Shown here one piece after another: positions 60,470-64,000 of a stretch of 64,000 nucleotides of DNA. This stretch comes from Alphaproteobacteria bacterium (lineage in GTDB: Bacteria > Pseudomonadota > Alphaproteobacteria > Rs-D84). Location of the stretch: the NCBI GenBank assembly GCA_017443235.1, contig JAFSOV010000014.1, positions 1,867 through 65,866 of the forward strand, given 5' to 3'. Position 1 is the first letter of the stretch; each line of letters starts with the position of its first letter. Made by a program: the position numbers and the translations under genes. Under the pieces are notes generated by a model. The model had not been told where the DNA came from. It did not search any database and saw nothing but the letters and a program-made list of their open reading frames with translations.

Positions 60470-62392
60470 ATGTACAAAAAAATGACTTTTTGGGGCGTGT
60501 GTATGGCGCTGGCCATGGTGGTCGGTGCGCCGGCGGTCGCGGCAGATAGGGTTATTGGTAATATTATTGTGCCAATCCCATCGAACGGGACCAACGGTGC
60601 GGCGGGTGCCGATGGTGCGTCTGCATACCAGATTTGGTTAAATGCCGGCAACACCGGAACCGAGGCCGATTTCTTGGCATCATTGGTCGGTGCCCCCGGA
60701 ACAAATGGCGTTGATGGTGCGCCCGGTGCGGCGTGTGAATCAACCATTACATCGGTTGTTTGCGGACCGAACGAGACTGTAAAATGTGCGGTTCAAAGCA
60801 AGTCCGGTGTTCGTATAGCCAAGACGGATTGCAACAACGAGAATCCAACGTACGATTATGTGTATGATGGTGCGGATGGTGATGATGGTGTTGGTGTGTG
60901 TGATGGAATATCGTCTGCCAATATGAATAAAACCGTCAAGAACACAACCAGTGTTTATACGGCGGCAACGTCTTCGGCGGCCGGTTATGTGACGAATACT
61001 CGCACTATGTGTGACCTAACAACCGTCACAACCGATACGGTGCAGGACACATGCACACAAATCGTAGATACCCGTACCAGTGGCGCGTGTGACGGGGCAT
61101 ATATGATGTGCACGAATCAGACTAACAATGCAACATATTATGTTTGCAAGGCGGTGACCGGAACAAATGTTAGTTCCATAAGTTCGGCAATCAGTTCGGC
61201 ACAAACCGCGGCGGATAATGCCCAATCAACCGCAAATAACAAGGTTGACACGGCAACATTCACATCGTACCAGGCCACGGTTGCATCGACCTATGCAAAT
61301 AAAGATGATGTTTATAACAAAACGCAGGTTGATAACGCAATAAGTACTGCAACAAGCGGTCTGGCAAGCGAAACCTATGTTGATAACGCGGTTGCGAACA
61401 AGCAGGATACTTTGAGTTCTGCACAGTTGGCGGCGGTGAACAGTGGTATTACGTCAAACAATATTACAACGTATGACGGATATGCAACCACCATTGCAAA
61501 CAAGGCCGATGCGTCGGCGTTGACCACCGCAAATGGCAAAATTACCGCATTGGAAACAACGGTTGGTGATGCGTCCAGTGGTCTGGTGCAACAGGTGAAT
61601 ACTAACACCAGCGCGATTGGTGATGCGTCCAGTGGTTTGATCAAAGATGTTGCCGATGCCAAGACGGATGCGTCAAGTGCGCTAAGTACTGCAAATACGG
61701 CGTCCGCCAACGCAACCCAGGCCAAACAAGACGCGGCAGATGCCAAAACAGATGCGGCAAGCGCATTGTCCGGACTTTCGTCCAAACTGGATGCGTCCAC
61801 GGCGGCCAGTACGTATCTTAGCCAGACAAATGCAGCTTCAACATATTTGACGCAGACGAGCGCCGCAAACACCTATGCAACGCAAACGGATTTGTCGAGC
61901 GTTGACGCCACGGCGAGACAGGCGGCAAGTGATGCGTCCGATGCGGTTAGTACAGCGAATACTGCGTCAACGAATGCGTCCAGCGCGTTGACGGCGACAC
62001 AGACATTGAATACGACCGTTTATGGTGCCGCCGATGGAACCGAAACCAGAGACGGATTGACGACAATTGTAGGTAAAACTGCGTCTACCGGTTTGCGCGG
62101 TACCGTCGCAACCAATGCCTCAAACATCAGTTCGTTGAACACGACTGTGTCTGAGCATACGTCAAGTATCAGTTCGTTGGACACGACTGTGTCTGGGCAT
62201 ACGACCAGTATTTCTTCGTTGCAATCACGGGCCAGCAGTCTTGAAACCACCGTTAATGGAACGTGTACTGGACGTGGCAGTTCCGGTTCGGAAGAGTCCG
62301 GCGGTAATACCGGTGGAAGCGGAACGTGTACACAAAGTCTGGAAGATCGTATCGCGGCAATCGAGGCCAGATTGACAGCCGGTGGACTATAA
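60470..62392 (+). CDS. Secreted fibre-like protein with a long Ala/Ser/Thr-rich repetitive stalk
   Basis: 640 aa with signal peptide, then ADRVIGNIIVP. The NGAAGADGASAYQIWLNAGNTGTEADFLASLVGAPGTNGVDGAPG motif is common in tail-fibre proteins. Its Cys module is paralogous to that of the 59163 protein. Repeats include DASSGL and TTVSxHTxSISSL. Confidence 0.82.
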   Translation: MYKKMTFWGVCMALAMVVGAPAVAADRVIGNIIVPIPSNGTNGAAGADGASAYQIWLNAGNTGTEADFLASLVGAPGTNGVDGAPGAACESTITSVVCGPNETVKCAVQSKSGVRIAKTDCNNENPTYDYVYDGADGDDGVGVCDGISSANMNKTVKNTTSVYTAATSSAAGYVTNTRTMCDLTTVTTDTVQDTCTQIVDTRTSGACDGAYMMCTNQTNNATYYVCKAVTGTNVSSISSAISSAQTAADNAQSTANNKVDTATFTSYQATVASTYANKDDVYNKTQVDNAISTATSGLASETYVDNAVANKQDTLSSAQLAAVNSGITSNNITTYDGYATTIANKADASALTTANGKITALETTVGDASSGLVQQVNTNTSAIGDASSGLIKDVADAKTDASSALSTANTASANATQAKQDAADAKTDAASALSGLSSKLDASTAASTYLSQTNAASTYLTQTSAANTYATQTDLSSVDATARQAASDASDAVSTANTASTNASSALTATQTLNTTVYGAADGTETRDGLTTIVGKTASTGLRGTVATNASNISSLNTTVSEHTSSISSLDTTVSGHTTSISSLQSRASSLETTVNGTCTGRGSSGSEESGGNTGGSGTCTQSLEDRIAAIEARLTAGGL

Positions 62393-62403
62393 AGCAAAAC
62401 GAT

Positions 62404-62431
62404 AAATCGGTCGGGAATCCGGCCGATTTTT
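62404..62431 (+). terminator. Rho-independent terminator after the fibre cluster
   Basis: Stem ATCGGTCGG / CCGGCCGAT followed by TTTTT. Confidence 0.6.
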
Positions 62432-62440
62432 CATTTGATA

Positions 62441-62473
62441 TAAAAACACCGCCAAACGGCGGTGTTAAATTTT
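62441..62473 (-). terminator. Rho-independent terminator after the XRE regulator gene
   Basis: Stem ACACCGCC / GGCGGTGT, with a T-run on the minus strand. Confidence 0.55.
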
Positions 62474-62486
62474 AATAATGTTTGGC

Positions 62487-62900
62487 CTATTCTTCGCCGG
62501 CAAATGTTTTTAGCATCTTGATAATAGATGCGCGTTGGGCATCGGTTCCCAATTTCCAATAAAGACGTATCAATTCCAAACTTTCTGTGCGCAACATTGG
62601 GTCGTCTGCGTCCGGTTGATGTAAATGCATGGAACGTGTTGCCCGCGTTTCGTCCGGCATATTGCCCGGCAAACCACTAAAGAAAAAAGACACCGGCGTT
62701 TGCATCGCCGCGCCAATTTCAAATAGACGTGATGCAGATATGCGATTGTCCGCCGTTTCATATTTTTGAATCTGTTGAAATGTCACACCGCATATGTTGG
62801 CCAAATCTTTCAAAGATAGCCCCAACATTGTGCGTCGTAATTGCATACGCCGGCCGATATGTTGATCAACGATGCTTGGGATATATGTTTTGCCTGCCAT
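62487..62900 (-). CDS. XRE-family helix-turn-helix transcriptional regulator
   Basis: HTH_3-type motif LGLSLKDLANICGVTFQQIQKYETADNRISASRLFEIGAAM; 137 aa. Confidence 0.85.
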   Translation of the reverse strand: MAGKTYIPSIVDQHIGRRMQLRRTMLGLSLKDLANICGVTFQQIQKYETADNRISASRLFEIGAAMQTPVSFFFSGLPGNMPDETRATRSMHLHQPDADDPMLRTESLELIRLYWKLGTDAQRASIIKMLKTFAGEE

Positions 62901-63026
62901 AATTTTCCTCCGGTTTCAAGGACGCGTTTCCTAGTTATGTTTATACAATCTTTCTTTTTGTTTTGCAATCAAAAAAGCGGTATGATACACTTATTGATGT
63001 CAAAAAAATTCAAAAGGGGAAAATTT

Positions 63027-64000
63027 ATGTCGGGTCCGGTTGTTTTATGTATATTAGATGGTGTCGGGGTCAGTGATATTCGTGCACATAATGCGGTGGC
63101 ATTGGCCAAAATGCCGTTTTTCCGCGGGTTGATAAAGAAATATCCAAATTCGCTGTTGCGGGCCAGTGGCACCGCCGTTGGTTTGCCGGGAAATTTAATG
63201 GGAAATTCCGAGGTTGGGCATATCTGCATCGGTGCAGGCCGCGTGGTTATGCAATATCTGTTACGCTTTGCGCGAACGGATTGGGCGAAAAACAAACCGT
63301 TAAATAAATTTATTGCGGATGTAAAACATGATGGCGGAATTGTGCACTTTGCCGGATTGATGTCCGATGGCCGCGTTCATGCCGATGTGCGGGACGAGAT
63401 GAAAATCGTAAAATATATTTTGGATTCTGGATTGCGGGTTTGTATTCATTTTATTGGTGATGGACGTGATACACCGCCGCGGTCCGCAATGAAATATGTG
63501 CGGACAATCAAACGTATGTTGGCGGCATATTTCGCGGATGGTCGTGCGTTTTTTGGAACGCTATCGGGGCGTTATTATACAATGGATCGCAACAAGAATA
63601 TGGACCGTACAGAATTGGCGTTTAATGCGTTGGCGCGCGCCCGGGCCGATTTGCACGCCGACACAATCGAAAACGCAATAAAACAATCTTATGCTGATGG
63701 TGTGACCGATGAATTTTTCAAGCCGACCCTTATAAACGCTGTGCCGATTACCCGGCGCGATGGGTTTATATTTGGTAATTATCGCAGTGACCGCGCGCGC
63801 CAGATTGTGCGCGCCGTGTTGGACACGGGCGCGCATATTCTGTGCTTTTCACAATATGGCGAAGGGTTAAATGAAAAGTGCCCTGCACTGTTAAATGATA
63901 TTCCGGTGGAAAATACCTTGGGCGATGTTGTGGCGGCGGCGGGTTTGCGCCAACTGCGTATTGCGGAAACCGAAAAATATAATCACGTCACATACTTTAT
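63027..64000 (+). CDS. gpmI: 2,3-bisphosphoglycerate-independent phosphoglycerate mutase (partial; runs off the window)
   Basis: Hand translation from the ATG at 63027 gives MSGPVVLCILDGVGVSD...LRASGTAVGLPGNLMGNSEVGHICIGAGRVV, the iPGM N-terminal signature. The frame stays open to the window end. It is absent from the ORF track because it has no stop. Confidence 0.85.
   Translation, partial: MSGPVVLCILDGVGVSDIRAHNAVALAKMPFFRGLIKKYPNSLLRASGTAVGLPGNLMGNSEVGHICIGAGRVVMQYLLRFARTDWAKNKPLNKFIADVKHDGGIVHFAGLMSDGRVHADVRDEMKIVKYILDSGLRVCIHFIGDGRDTPPRSAMKYVRTIKRMLAAYFADGRAFFGTLSGRYYTMDRNKNMDRTELAFNALARARADLHADTIENAIKQSYADGVTDEFFKPTLINAVPITRRDGFIFGNYRSDRARQIVRAVLDTGAHILCFSQYGEGLNEKCPALLNDIPVENTLGDVVAAAGLRQLRIAETEKYNHVTYF

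Noticed and set aside
58102-62392. Interpretation of the tail-fibre-like genes as a prophage or gene-transfer-agent remnant.
   Set aside because: There are no capsid, portal, terminase, tape-measure, baseplate, lysis or integrase genes within the visible flanks. All three proteins have Sec signal peptides, which virion tail fibres normally lack. The idea is kept only as the refutation condition of the finding.

Overview
This is a 64-kb chromosomal window of moderate GC, read by eye with no database searches. It is almost certainly alphaproteobacterial: it has a GcrA cell-cycle regulator, ruvB-ybgC-tolQ-tolR-tolA synteny, a bactofilin/M23-peptidase pair and a type A RNase P RNA. Housekeeping genes are well supported: tig, rplM-rpsI, leuS, rpiB, lpxA-lpxB, acpS, argS, an OmpR/EnvZ-type two-component pair, ruvB, secA, dnaE, rsmH, gpmI (partial), five tRNAs and rnpB. 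No transposase, integrase, CRISPR array or rRNA was seen. Fifteen ORFs with Sec-type signal peptides and no assignable function sit between the housekeeping genes. They sum to about 9,570 aa, or roughly 28.7 kb and 45% of the window. They share a small set of recurring modules across four loci:
- an Arg/Thr/Ala-rich tract just after the signal peptide;
- a Cys-rich C-x2-Y-x2-CMDQ-x-C domain;
- an FPxTVxDLSFTDR module;
- collagen G-X-Y runs;
- phage-tail-fibre-like motifs;
- a C-terminal YD(L/V)xC(K/V)E end.
The main candidates for an undescribed system are these:
- a 3,293-aa giant surface protein (36504..46385) with a downstream lipoprotein; it has about two dozen InlB B-repeat-like units plus a eukaryote-like Cys-rich region;
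- a four-gene fibre cluster (55692..62392), whose first gene has a paralogue at 12011..14698;
- a tightly packed minus-strand operon (16592..21094) joining an orphan prepilin-peptidase-like gene to Cys-rich/EGF-like and Lys-rich secreted proteins.
Smaller items are TTAGTGG heptamer arrays just 3-prime of three genes, an att-like duplication of the tRNA-Pro 3-prime end, near-identical tRNA-Ala/tRNA-Val bodies, a His-rich secreted peptide, and gcrA overlapping the start of a bitopic coiled-coil protein.
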